Part shown: in pieces, positions 44,885 through 54,024 of the stretch
Numbering within the stretch: the stretch's first letter is position 1
Layout: each line of letters opens with the position of its first letter
Assembly: GCA_038065455.1 (NCBI GenBank)
Contig: JBBTQX010000002.1
Span: 6,779 to 70,778, forward strand
DNA length: 64,000 nt
Direction: 5' to 3'
DNA from: Patescibacteria group bacterium
GTDB taxonomy: Bacteria; Patescibacteriota; Minisyncoccia; UBA6257; GWB1-50-10
Notes under the pieces: model-generated
The model's input: the letters and a program-made list of their open reading frames with translations, nothing else
Database searches by the model: none
Told to the model about the DNA's origin: nothing
Program-made: the position numbers and the translations under genes

Positions 44885-44917
44885 GGTGGTATAATTGACT
44901 ATACCACCTGGTTTTTT
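44885..44917. repeat. P-family palindromic unit, variant copy (GGTGGTATA-attgac-TATACCACC plus T6)
   Basis: 9-bp perfect stem followed by a T-run; overlaps the doxX 3' end, and its loop supplies the doxX stop codon. Confidence 0.5.
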
Positions 44918-45357
44918 ACTCTGGATACTTTGCCATCCAAGCCGAAATAATTTCCGGCGTCCATTATGAAGAATAAAATAAGTAGCGCGGCGTAGATAAC
45001 ATGGTCGTCCACGATAAATCCGTTCGCCACGACCGGAAAAGCGTTGCCGGCAAAATAATACAAAACCATTAAAAGCGCCCCGGGGATGGCGCTCCACCGC
45101 ACGAAGAGCCCCAATATAAGGGAAATGCCCAAAAGCAAAAGTGCCCATTCGTTTATGAAATTCACAACCCCGATGACACTCGGCCCGGCAAACCAGGCAT
45201 ATAATCCGGAAAATGTCTTGGCATTAGCCAGGAATCCCGCCGCGCTCCAACTCGCGTCCAATATCTTCACGAGTCCGGCATAAAAGAAAATCCAGCCCAG
45301 CGCTATTCTCCCGACAGCCAGCCAAACCTTCGTATTTTTATTTAAAATATTTTCCAT
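44899..45357 (-). CDS. DoxX-family membrane protein
   Basis: DoxX-like N-terminus (WLAVGRIALGWIFFYAGLVKI). Start at the internal Met, because the longer ORF would collide with the upstream gene. Confidence 0.55.
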   Translation of the reverse strand: MENILNKNTKVWLAVGRIALGWIFFYAGLVKILDASWSAAGFLANAKTFSGLYAWFAGPSVIGVVNFINEWALLLLGISLILGLFVRWSAIPGALLMVLYYFAGNAFPVVANGFIVDDHVIYAALLILFFIMDAGNYFGLDGKVSRVKNQVV

Positions 45358-45364
45358 ACTTCGA

Positions 45365-47134
45365 TTATACCACCTCGGCGTTATAGCAGCTTTCACAATA
45401 TACGATTTCCTTGCGGTCGGGGGAATATGAGGTTTCGAATTCATTCGGGCACTTCCCTTCTCTATGCTGGTGCTTCACGGTGTTTTGATAAATTCCGTTC
45501 TCCGATTTTTGACTGGAGCATTGGCATTGGCGATGCCAAAGCGAAAATGGATTGCGTAATCCAAAACGCGCCCCGGCTCGACAATGAAAACAATTATGCG
45601 GTATTGGAATACGCATTTTTCTGTAGAACATTAATTCCGACGGCACAATCCGATAATTTCTTGCGCATAATGAACAACGCAGAGTTTCATTTAAGATAGT
45701 ATCCGACACATCGGAAATGCTCTCCGGCAACTTATCCAGGGAAATAGTTTCTTTGCCGGTAGTAACTTGAAAATGTTCTTGCCAACAGATTTTTTCTTCT
45801 TCCGCCTGTTTTTGAGTTATCGGAAAAAAATCCTGCGCTACCGTTTCATTGTAGGCAAAGTACGATAGTTCAGTCGGAAAGAATTCTCCATGTTTGTATG
45901 TTCTTCCTTTCGAATCGATGTATGGTATTTCATCCATTTGTTTCTTTATTTTTGAAATCAATTCTTCATATTCTTCTTTGGAATATTGCTTATTCAAAAC
46001 GCAATATTGGGCTTTCTTCAGGCCGCAACAGCCAAAAATGTCTTTTGACGAGTGGCATCCATCGACATAGGAAACTTCCGTATTTTTCCAGGAAAATATC
46101 GAGAAGCGGCTTCTATACGAGTGGTCGGGAGTAATTCCTTCATAGCATTGATCAAGCTCGCCTCCTACACTTAGGTCATAGCTCGCTTTAGGGGTATCGG
46201 AATTTTCAACCCATCGGCAATCTTCCGGACGCTGAACATTGAAACAGTCTCTGGAATTCTTGCCGTTTATGAGGGCATCACCCGTGCAATTAACACAATT
46301 TCTTAAACTTGAGAATTTCCTGGGGTAGAGAGGAAAAATAGATAAAAGCTCTTTCATTGCTCTTTCTGCGCCTGCGTGGGTATCAAGCCGATATTCGGCG
46401 AGAATGCGATTGTATTCCTCTTTTGTATATTCTTTATTCTTGAAACAATAACGCTTATGCCTGATGCCGACAGATAGGAAACAATCGGAACAATCCCTGC
46501 AATCCCAGCAAAAATTGCAATCGGAAAGCGCGACGGAATAATAAACATTCCGACATCGATAACATTTCTCCGTATAAACAGTTTCATAAATCGCTTCGCA
46601 TTCTCCCATTGAATTAAGGCTATCCACAATTTCTTTTCCATCGAGGAGATAAACGCTATAAAGACATTCTTCAAGTTTCCAGGCAATAAAAACCATATAG
46701 CAGTTCTTGCTACGCGCGAAATCCTGGGTATATTCGCAATTCAAGCTTCCGATTCCGTTGTCATTCACCATCGCGAGCGCTGGCACGCGTCTTTGCAGTT
46801 CCGCGAATTGTTCGAAGAATGATTTGGAAAAATCATATTCTTGCGCATAAGACTTCGGATCCCATCCGTCGGACCACCAGCATTTCTGACAATACACGCT
46901 TTTCATTGGTCCATCCGGAGAATAGAGGGAAATTATGTTTTTATTGCATAAGTCGCATTTTCTGGAGTAAAGCGATAAATCATTCCGCCAGGAAAGCCGG
47001 CGCTGTTTTCGGCATTCCGGGCACCAAGTCGGCGGCGGAACCTTCATTTTCTCATAAAACAAGAAATCGTCCGGTTCGATTGTGAACGGGTTTTTGCAGT
47101 TCTGACAGTTTTTGGTTTCTATTTTATTACTCAT
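45365..47134 (-). CDS. large cysteine-rich protein with duplicated zinc-ribbon-like modules (unknown function)
   Basis: The N- and C-termini repeat the pattern C..C...F.I.P.[DE].FY.KM..P.P..C..CR...R...RN...L..R.C.C; the middle is packed with C..C..C repeats. Confidence 0.5.
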   Translation of the reverse strand: MSNKIETKNCQNCKNPFTIEPDDFLFYEKMKVPPPTWCPECRKQRRLSWRNDLSLYSRKCDLCNKNIISLYSPDGPMKSVYCQKCWWSDGWDPKSYAQEYDFSKSFFEQFAELQRRVPALAMVNDNGIGSLNCEYTQDFARSKNCYMVFIAWKLEECLYSVYLLDGKEIVDSLNSMGECEAIYETVYTEKCYRCRNVYYSVALSDCNFCWDCRDCSDCFLSVGIRHKRYCFKNKEYTKEEYNRILAEYRLDTHAGAERAMKELLSIFPLYPRKFSSLRNCVNCTGDALINGKNSRDCFNVQRPEDCRWVENSDTPKASYDLSVGGELDQCYEGITPDHSYRSRFSIFSWKNTEVSYVDGCHSSKDIFGCCGLKKAQYCVLNKQYSKEEYEELISKIKKQMDEIPYIDSKGRTYKHGEFFPTELSYFAYNETVAQDFFPITQKQAEEEKICWQEHFQVTTGKETISLDKLPESISDVSDTILNETLRCSLCARNYRIVPSELMFYRKMRIPIPHNCFHCRAGARFGLRNPFSLWHRQCQCSSQKSENGIYQNTVKHQHREGKCPNEFETSYSPDRKEIVYCESCYNAEVV

Positions 47135-47142
47135 TTTATTTC

Positions 47143-47172
47143 CTAGGTGGTGTCTTTAAAGACACCACCTAG
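47143..47172. repeat. P-family palindromic unit (CTAGGTGGTGTCTTT|AAAGACACCACCTAG)
   Basis: 30-bp perfect palindrome with a T-run on the plus strand; intergenic between the Cys-rich gene and eno. Confidence 0.6.
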
Positions 47173-47190
47173 TTTTTGTCTTATTTTATA

Positions 47191-48390
47191 TCAACCGTAT
47201 AGTCTTTCTAGCTCCTTGTATTTGGAATTGCGGCTCTCGACGGGCGCGCCGATCTTCACGCCATAGGCGCCGCCGGCCTTGGCGAAGTGGATTATGAAAG
47301 CGTCCTCCACTTCCCCCGAACGGTGGGAAACGATGGTTTTCACGCCGTTCAAGCGGGCAATCTTCATGGCTTCGCAGGTTTCGGTCACAGTGCCGATTTG
47401 ATTCGGCTTCACTATCAATCCGCTGATTAGCCCTTCGCGGACTGCCTTCTCAATCGCGATGGGATTGGTTGTCGTGAGGTCATCCCCCACCACAAGCGCT
47501 CCCGCGGAACGGGAAGTTAATTTCTTGAAGCCTTCTTCGTCGGTTTCGGCGAACGGGTCTTCGATAGACATAAGAAGCGGGAAGGATTTCAGATAGAATT
47601 CGTAAACCTCCGCCATCTCATTGGTCGAAAGATTCCGTCCGTCGAATCGGTAGCGGCCGTTCTCAAAAAATCCGCTCGCGGCGGCATCAATAGCCAGAGA
47701 AAAATCGGGCGCCAACTTCCCCTCTTCTATCGCTTTTCCGAGAACTCTCAAAGGCCCGGCATTATCGGGAAAATCCAGAGAATATCCCCCTTCGTCCCCC
47801 AGCACCAATTTTCTTAGGCCGAATTCTTCTTTGATTTTCCCTCCCAATTTTTCATAGAAATCTTTCAATTCCGCGATGCTCCTCCCGAAGGAATCGTGGG
47901 TTTTCGCCACAACCATATATTCCTGGATATCCAGATTGTTCTTCGCGTGCGTCCCGCCATTTATGAGATTAGAAAATATTAGCGGATTTTCCCCAAAAAT
48001 CTCTCCGCCGAAGAATTCCTCGTTCAAAACTTCCCACAATTCCTTGTTCTTCGACTTGGCAACCAGACGCGCGAAAGAAACCGAGATGCCTAATATCAGG
48101 TTCCCGCCCAATATTTCTTTCCGCGGCGTGCCGTCCAAAGTGATGAGGAACGCATCCAGTTCGCCGATAGATTCGAAGTTCCGCCTTAAAATCTCCGGCT
48201 TTATCTTTTTTCCTGCGACTCGTATCGCCTCCGCGGGCTCCAGAACATCCGCCTCGTTCTTTCCCCGGCTCTTACCGGAGGGAATCTGCGCCGAAGCGGT
48301 ATCGCCATATTCTCCCGTCAAAAACACCTCGATGGTCGGCTTCCCCCTGAAATCCGTTATTTCCTTTACTTCAATGTCTTTTATCCTCAT
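47191..48390 (-). CDS. eno: enolase (phosphopyruvate hydratase)
   Basis: SHRSGE(V)ED, GDDL and KPNQIGT motifs. Confidence 0.85.
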   Translation of the reverse strand: MRIKDIEVKEITDFRGKPTIEVFLTGEYGDTASAQIPSGKSRGKNEADVLEPAEAIRVAGKKIKPEILRRNFESIGELDAFLITLDGTPRKEILGGNLILGISVSFARLVAKSKNKELWEVLNEEFFGGEIFGENPLIFSNLINGGTHAKNNLDIQEYMVVAKTHDSFGRSIAELKDFYEKLGGKIKEEFGLRKLVLGDEGGYSLDFPDNAGPLRVLGKAIEEGKLAPDFSLAIDAAASGFFENGRYRFDGRNLSTNEMAEVYEFYLKSFPLLMSIEDPFAETDEEGFKKLTSRSAGALVVGDDLTTTNPIAIEKAVREGLISGLIVKPNQIGTVTETCEAMKIARLNGVKTIVSHRSGEVEDAFIIHFAKAGGAYGVKIGAPVESRNSKYKELERLYG

Positions 48391-49385
48391 GCGATGAAAT
48401 TCTTCGGGTCTGCGCTGTTATTAATAAAACCCGAGATGTTCTGGAGTGTTACGGTCAATATCCTCATTAAAGCTTCGACGGTATTGAAAGCGTTGTGCGG
48501 AGTGATTAAAACGTTCGGCATTTTTATGAGCGCGTGATTTTCGAGAATTATTTTCATCGCTTCTCCGCTCGGCTCCGGCCCTTTTTCATATTTCGTTCCG
48601 CTCTCTTCTTCGAGTACATCCAATCCCGCGCCAGCCAGTATTCCATCTTGGAGCGCTTTCACGAGCGCATTCGTCTCCACGATCGGCCCGCGGGCGGTAT
48701 TCACCAAATACGCTCCTCTTTTTATCAAACTAATGTTATTTATATTAATGAGATGGCGGGTTTCCGGAGTCAAAGGACAATGGATAGTGAGTACATCGGA
48801 CTGCTTGAGCAATTCCTCGAGCGGAAGATATATGAAACCCAGTTCCTTTGCAGCCGCCGCATTTTCTATTACATCATAGGCGATGATTTTCATCCCGAAG
48901 CCGTTCGCGATTCTCGCCGATTCCAACCCGATCCGGCCCGTACCGATAATGCCGATTGTCCGGCCCTTGAGATCGATACCTCGAAGACCTTCAAGCGAAA
49001 AAGAGCCGCTTTCCTTGATGCGGTCTACCGCCAGATAGATTTTCCGGGTTAAATTCAGAAGGAGTCCGAAGGCCAGTTCCGCCACCGTGTTGTTGCCATA
49101 GCCCGGCACGTAACCCACTTTTATTCCTTTCGCTTTGCACGCCTCAAGGTCGATATGGTCGAAGCCGGTGGAATTTGTCGTCACCATCTTCAAATTTGGG
49201 AAATGTTCCAACACCTTCGCCGTTATCTTCGAATTGACGAAAATGGCGAGAATGTCGAAATCGTTCCGTTCCGGCAGTTCTTCCTCCGTAATCGCCTTAT
49301 TCGAGAAATACAATTCGTGGCCGGGCAGGCTCTCTCGCGCCGTTTTTTCCTCCCACCCCTCCGCCTCGAAAAATCCTATTTTCAT
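48387..49385 (-). CDS. D-isomer-specific 2-hydroxyacid dehydrogenase family protein
   Basis: GxGxxG NAD fold (GIIGTGRIGL); catalytic Arg/Glu/His positions. Confidence 0.65.
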   Translation of the reverse strand: MKIGFFEAEGWEEKTARESLPGHELYFSNKAITEEELPERNDFDILAIFVNSKITAKVLEHFPNLKMVTTNSTGFDHIDLEACKAKGIKVGYVPGYGNNTVAELAFGLLLNLTRKIYLAVDRIKESGSFSLEGLRGIDLKGRTIGIIGTGRIGLESARIANGFGMKIIAYDVIENAAAAKELGFIYLPLEELLKQSDVLTIHCPLTPETRHLININNISLIKRGAYLVNTARGPIVETNALVKALQDGILAGAGLDVLEEESGTKYEKGPEPSGEAMKIILENHALIKMPNVLITPHNAFNTVEALMRILTVTLQNISGFINNSADPKNFIA

Positions 49386-49420
49386 ATGGCTTCATTATAA
49401 CGGAATGGGCCGATTTATAA

Positions 49421-49453
49421 AAACAAAAAAACCGCGGTATATAATACCGCGGC
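49421..49453 (-). terminator. intrinsic terminator (CCGCGGTAT-ata-ATACCGCGG plus U-run on the minus strand)
   Basis: 9-bp stem, preceded on the plus strand by A12. Confidence 0.55.
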
Positions 49454-49708
49454 TTATAATGACTGTAATCCGGAAAAGGCAAATTCGTCGAAATCTTCGA
49501 TTGGTTCCGAGATCAAATCATCCTTGGAGATATCGCAACCGAGTTTTTCACTTGAAATTATCCCTTTTCCCGATTTGAATATCGTTCCGATAATTTCTCT
49601 GCCTTTGATTTCCTCTATTTTTACCACAAATATCGAGGTTCCTTCTATCTTCGCATGGGAACCGTAGAATTTGCCGATCTCGAACTTTTTCGAGTCACCG
49701 TTTTTCAT
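49454..49708 (-). CDS. small hypothetical protein (84 aa)
   Basis: ORF bracketed by two terminators. Confidence 0.35.
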   Translation of the reverse strand: MKNGDSKKFEIGKFYGSHAKIEGTSIFVVKIEEIKGREIIGTIFKSGKGIISSEKLGCDISKDDLISEPIEDFDEFAFSGLQSL

Positions 49709-49754
49709 AGGGTTCTTTTCCTTTCTTTTTTGATTGGTGATATAAAACTACTGA

Positions 49755-49784
49755 ATAAAAAATAACACCGGAACGAGTCCGGTG
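49755..49784 (-). terminator. intrinsic terminator after the PspC-domain gene
   Basis: CACCGGA-acgag-TCCGGTG, with a T-run on the minus strand. Confidence 0.5.
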
Positions 49785-49813
49785 TCAAACCCAGGCGTGT
49801 TTTAGAGACGAAA

Positions 49814-50254
49814 TTAACTTTCCTTCGTTACTAGATAAATACCGAAGATTATTGCGATTACCGGCCAGATGAACATTCCCATATGAAAGAATGGGAAGAA
49901 TTGCTGAATCATGAAAAAGATGCCGGCAACGACAATAATCGCCCCGATAATGACGCGGAAGCCGCCGTGCTTCTTGTCTTTCTTGATTTCTTCCGCCACC
50001 ACCTTTGCTTCTTTTTTGACCTTCTTGGCAAAATCTTTCACCTCTTCTTTCGGGCTCGTTTCCGCTCCCGCTTCAAGCGGAGTTATAACGGAGAGTACCA
50101 AATATACGAAAAGACCCACGCCGCCGGGCATTGTAAGGAGAACGAAGATGATCCTCACGACCGTCGAATCGATATTGAAATATTTTCCCAATCCGCCGCA
50201 CAAGCCGAATATCATCCTATCGCTCCGCGAACGATAAAGTTTTTTATGTTCCAT
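49814..50254 (-). CDS. PspC-domain membrane protein
   Basis: LYRSRSDRMIFGLCGGLGKYFNIDSTVVRIIFVLL PspC signature. Confidence 0.75.
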   Translation of the reverse strand: MEHKKLYRSRSDRMIFGLCGGLGKYFNIDSTVVRIIFVLLTMPGGVGLFVYLVLSVITPLEAGAETSPKEEVKDFAKKVKKEAKVVAEEIKKDKKHGGFRVIIGAIIVVAGIFFMIQQFFPFFHMGMFIWPVIAIIFGIYLVTKES

Positions 50255-50269
50255 AATCTAAAATATAAT

Positions 50270-52684
50270 CTATTTCCGGCTTAATTTCAAAATCGTCTTG
50301 ATGACGGAATCCGGATTCAAAGAAATGCTCTTTATCCCCTCCTTTACCAAGAATTCCGCGAAATCGGGATAATCGGAGGGCGCCTGGCCGCAAATGCCAA
50401 TGTATTTTTTCTTCGCGTTGCACTTGTGGATTATTTCCGCGATGAGTTTTTTGACCGAAGGGTTATTCTCGTTCGCGATATGGGTCACGATACCAGAGTC
50501 CCTATCCAAACCGAGCGTGAGCTGAGTCAGATCGTTGGAACCGATGGACATCCCGTCGAAAATTTCCAAAAATTCGTCCGCCAAGAGTATATTGGAAGGA
50601 ATTTCGCACATCACATAAATCTTGAGATTTTTGTCTTTTTTCCTGTTCAAGCCGTACTTCGCCATTATCTCCACTACTTTTCTTCCCTCTTCGGGCGTCC
50701 GGCAGAAAGGTATCATCGCTACTACATTTTGAAGCCCCATCGTCTCACGCACTTTCTTCAGAGCTTTCACTTCCAAACTGAAAGCATCCTTGAACTTCGG
50801 GTCATAGTAGCGAGAAGCGCCGCGCCAGCCAAGCATCGGGTTTTCTTCGTTCGGCTCGTAACGCTCGCCGCCCAAAAGCTTGGAATATTCGTTTGTTTTG
50901 AAATCCGAAAAGCGGATAATCACTTCGTTCGGCCAGAAGGCCGCGCCGATTTTCGCGATGCCCTCCGCGAGCTCGTCCACGTAGAAGTCTGTCTTCCGGC
51001 GGTAACCGAGCGTGATGGCGTCTATTTTCTCTACCAATTTTTTGGTTGCGGGATTCTTCTTCGCTTCGGAAACCAATTTCGGATAGTCGATGAGCGCGTT
51101 CGGATGGATTTTGATATGCGAAGCGATAATGAATTCGAGCCGTCCCAAGCCGACGCCCTGCGCCGGCAAGAAATGATTCTTGAAAGCCTCATCCGGCGAA
51201 GCGACATTCACCATCACTTTCACTTTAGACTTCGGAAGCTTGTCCAAATGACGCTCCGTGACGCCAAAAGGCAGAATGCCCGCATATACCTTCCCCTCCT
51301 CGCCCGAGGCGCAATCCACCGTCACCTTCTGGCCGGTCTTCAAAACTTTCGTCGCCTTGCCCGCGCCTACGATGCACGGAATGCCAAGCTCGCGCGAAAC
51401 GATTGCGGCGTGGGATGTCCGGCCGCCCTTGTCCGTAACGATGGCCGAGGCGATTTTCATAATCGGCTCCCAATCCGGATCGGTAATCTCGGTCACCAGC
51501 ACCTCCCCTTTTTTGAAATCTTTTATTTTCTTAGCATCTTTGATGACGCGCACCGGACCCGCACCGATTTTCGCCCCGACAGCGATGCCATTTATAAGAA
51601 CTTTAGATTGTTTCTGAAGATGGTATTCCTTATATATTTTCTTGTCCGTCAGAGCCTGAACGGTTTCCGGTCTGGCCTGGACAATGAAAAGCTTCTTCGT
51701 CCGTCCGTCCTTCGCCCACTCTATATCCATCGGCTGATAGTGTTTATGGAGTTTCGAAAAATACTTCTCTATCTCCAAAGACCATTTCGCGAGCGTAAGC
51801 ACCTCGTCCTCCGAAATGCAGAACTTCGCCTGCTGGGACTCCGTTACCGAAACTCTCTTCGTTCCCTCTTTTCCGTATATGAGCTTCACATTCTTCTTCC
51901 CCAAATTCTGCTCGATAATGGCGCGATGGCCGGTTTCAAGCGTCGGTTTGAAAACCATGAATTCGTCCGGCGTCACCTGACCTTGAACGATCATCTCTCC
52001 TAAGCCCCAGGAGCCGGTGATAATAATGGCGTTATCGAAGCCGCTCTCGGTATCAATCGTGAAAGCCACGCCCGAGGAGGCCAGGTCGGAGTGCACCATC
52101 TTCTGCACGCCGACCGAAAGCGCAATATCCGTATTGGCGAAACCCTTATCCACGCGGTATGAAATAGCGCGGTCGGTAAAAAGCGAAGCGATGCATTTTT
52201 TAGCCGAAAGAAGAACCGCTTCCACTCCCACTACATTCAGATAAGTTTCCTGCTGGCCGGCGAAAGATGCGCCCGGCAAATCCTCTGCAGTCGCGGACGA
52301 ACGCACAGCCGTGTCGGTATTTTTGCCGTACATCTTCTCCAGTTTCCGATAGGCTTCGCGGATAGCCCTCGTGAGCTCTTTCGGTAATTCGGCTTCAATT
52401 ATTATTTTGCGAATTTCTTTTCCGCTTTTCTGCAGTTCCCGAATATCCTTTGTATTCGTCCTCTTCATTATCTCCCGGATTTTCTTGTCCAAACCGGTCT
52501 TTTTCAAAAAGAAGCGGTAGGCAAAGGCGGTGAGCGCGAAACCGTTCGGGATATTTACGCCGAGCGGAACGAGGTGCGAATACATCTCCCCCAGTGCGGC
52601 GTTCTTCCCGCCCACGAGTGGGACATCCTTGATACCAAGTTCCTTGAACCACAAAACGAACGATTTTTTCTTAGATTGAGCCAT
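50270..52684 (-). CDS. ppsA: phosphoenolpyruvate synthase (pyruvate, water dikinase)
   Basis: ATP-grasp N-domain, phospho-His domain (GGRTSHAAIVSRELGIP), PEP-utilising TIM barrel; 804 aa. Confidence 0.85.
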   Translation of the reverse strand: MAQSKKKSFVLWFKELGIKDVPLVGGKNAALGEMYSHLVPLGVNIPNGFALTAFAYRFFLKKTGLDKKIREIMKRTNTKDIRELQKSGKEIRKIIIEAELPKELTRAIREAYRKLEKMYGKNTDTAVRSSATAEDLPGASFAGQQETYLNVVGVEAVLLSAKKCIASLFTDRAISYRVDKGFANTDIALSVGVQKMVHSDLASSGVAFTIDTESGFDNAIIITGSWGLGEMIVQGQVTPDEFMVFKPTLETGHRAIIEQNLGKKNVKLIYGKEGTKRVSVTESQQAKFCISEDEVLTLAKWSLEIEKYFSKLHKHYQPMDIEWAKDGRTKKLFIVQARPETVQALTDKKIYKEYHLQKQSKVLINGIAVGAKIGAGPVRVIKDAKKIKDFKKGEVLVTEITDPDWEPIMKIASAIVTDKGGRTSHAAIVSRELGIPCIVGAGKATKVLKTGQKVTVDCASGEEGKVYAGILPFGVTERHLDKLPKSKVKVMVNVASPDEAFKNHFLPAQGVGLGRLEFIIASHIKIHPNALIDYPKLVSEAKKNPATKKLVEKIDAITLGYRRKTDFYVDELAEGIAKIGAAFWPNEVIIRFSDFKTNEYSKLLGGERYEPNEENPMLGWRGASRYYDPKFKDAFSLEVKALKKVRETMGLQNVVAMIPFCRTPEEGRKVVEIMAKYGLNRKKDKNLKIYVMCEIPSNILLADEFLEIFDGMSIGSNDLTQLTLGLDRDSGIVTHIANENNPSVKKLIAEIIHKCNAKKKYIGICGQAPSDYPDFAEFLVKEGIKSISLNPDSVIKTILKLSRK

Positions 52685-52728
52685 ATTTCGTATTTCAGAC
52701 TACCTCGCTATTATAACACTACCGATAT

Positions 52729-54006
52729 TTACCCTTTAATTGCGATAATTAAATCCGACACATTGGAACCGGTGTCGCCGGTCAGGAGATAGTCCCCAAC
52801 TTCTTTGAAAAACGCGTAGGAATCGTTGTTCTTCAAAAATTCCTCCGGCTTCAGACCGAGTTTCGCGGCCTTTTCACTGGTTATTTTATCACAAAGCGCG
52901 CCCGCGAAATCGGTGTTGTCCCGCCCATCCGAGGCAAAAGAAAGTATCAGTTCGCCGTCGCCTACCTCTCCCAAAGCACCCATCGCCACCTCCTGGTTCC
53001 GACCGCCTTCACCCGCGCCTTTCACACAAACAGTCGTCTCTCCGCCATAAAGAACGGCGGTTTTTCGGTTCTCCTTATGGAGATTGGCGGCAATTTCCTT
53101 TCCCTTATCCCTCGCTTCTCCCTCCAGGATATTGGTATGGATATCGGCATCGAAACCCAACTCCTTCGCCTTTTCGGACATAGCCGAAAGAGCGGTGATG
53201 TTGTCCATAAAAACGATATTCGCCATCTTCTCGAAGAATTTGTTTCCTTTGGGCGTTTCGAGCGGCTCTATTTTCAAGCCGATTGATTTTTCAATGCCGT
53301 ATTTTTCCAAAACGAGGCGCGCATCCTCCACTGTCGTCGTATCTTTCACCGTCGGCCCGGAAGCGACGAATTCGATGCTTCCCCGCACATCCGAAAAAAT
53401 GAGCGCGACCGAGGTGGCCGGATAGGCGTAGGCCGCGAGATGCCCGCCGCGCGCGAGCGATAAGTGCTTCCGAACCGTATTGGTTTCCTCAATATTGGCG
53501 CCCGCGCGAAAAAGCGCCTGCAGAATATCCTTTTCATCCTGACAGACCAACTCTTTGGGCTGGCATAAAAGCGTCGAGCCGCCGCCGGATATCACAAACA
53601 AAACAAAATCCTTTTCGGCCAAAGAAGAAAGTAGTTTGATTATCTCCGCCGTCGCATCGATATTCCTAGGCTCGGGAAAAGGATGGGCGCCGGCGAATGT
53701 CTTTATTTTATTTAAGCTTCCTTCGTGCACATCGAGTACGATGCCGCCGTTCAATTTTTCGCCCAAAATCTCCTCAAGCGCTCGGCCGGCCTCAAGCGCG
53801 CACTTCCCCACCCCCACCACGAAAATGCGTTCAAAATGCGAAAGGTCAAATTCCCTGCCTTTTACGGAAAGAGTGTTTTCCCCGAGAATAATTTCTTTTT
53901 TTATATATTTTTCCGTATCAATCGCATCGAGTCCCGCCTCCGCTATTTCCAAAGCGGCTTTCCGCAAATCCGTCTCCGCCAATTCCTTGAAATTCCGGAT
54001 CTTCAT
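52729..54006 (-). CDS. glycerate 2-kinase (MOFRL family)
   Basis: DUF4147/MOFRL-like architecture (VVGVGKCA, ISGGGS). Confidence 0.5.
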   Translation of the reverse strand: MKIRNFKELAETDLRKAALEIAEAGLDAIDTEKYIKKEIILGENTLSVKGREFDLSHFERIFVVGVGKCALEAGRALEEILGEKLNGGIVLDVHEGSLNKIKTFAGAHPFPEPRNIDATAEIIKLLSSLAEKDFVLFVISGGGSTLLCQPKELVCQDEKDILQALFRAGANIEETNTVRKHLSLARGGHLAAYAYPATSVALIFSDVRGSIEFVASGPTVKDTTTVEDARLVLEKYGIEKSIGLKIEPLETPKGNKFFEKMANIVFMDNITALSAMSEKAKELGFDADIHTNILEGEARDKGKEIAANLHKENRKTAVLYGGETTVCVKGAGEGGRNQEVAMGALGEVGDGELILSFASDGRDNTDFAGALCDKITSEKAAKLGLKPEEFLKNNDSYAFFKEVGDYLLTGDTGSNVSDLIIAIKG

Positions 54007-54024
54007 TTATCTAACATTTTAGCA

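Noticed and set aside
49799-49810. GTTTTAGAGACG, resembling a type II CRISPR repeat start
   Set aside because: It occurs once, with no repeat-spacer periodicity and no cas genes in the window.
50426-52003. 525-aa plus-strand ORF
   Set aside because: It is antisense to ppsA, with an Arg/His-rich low-complexity translation; it is a shadow ORF. The same applies to 16125-16886 opposite lysS, 22154-22960 opposite proS and 7395-8045 opposite dnaK.
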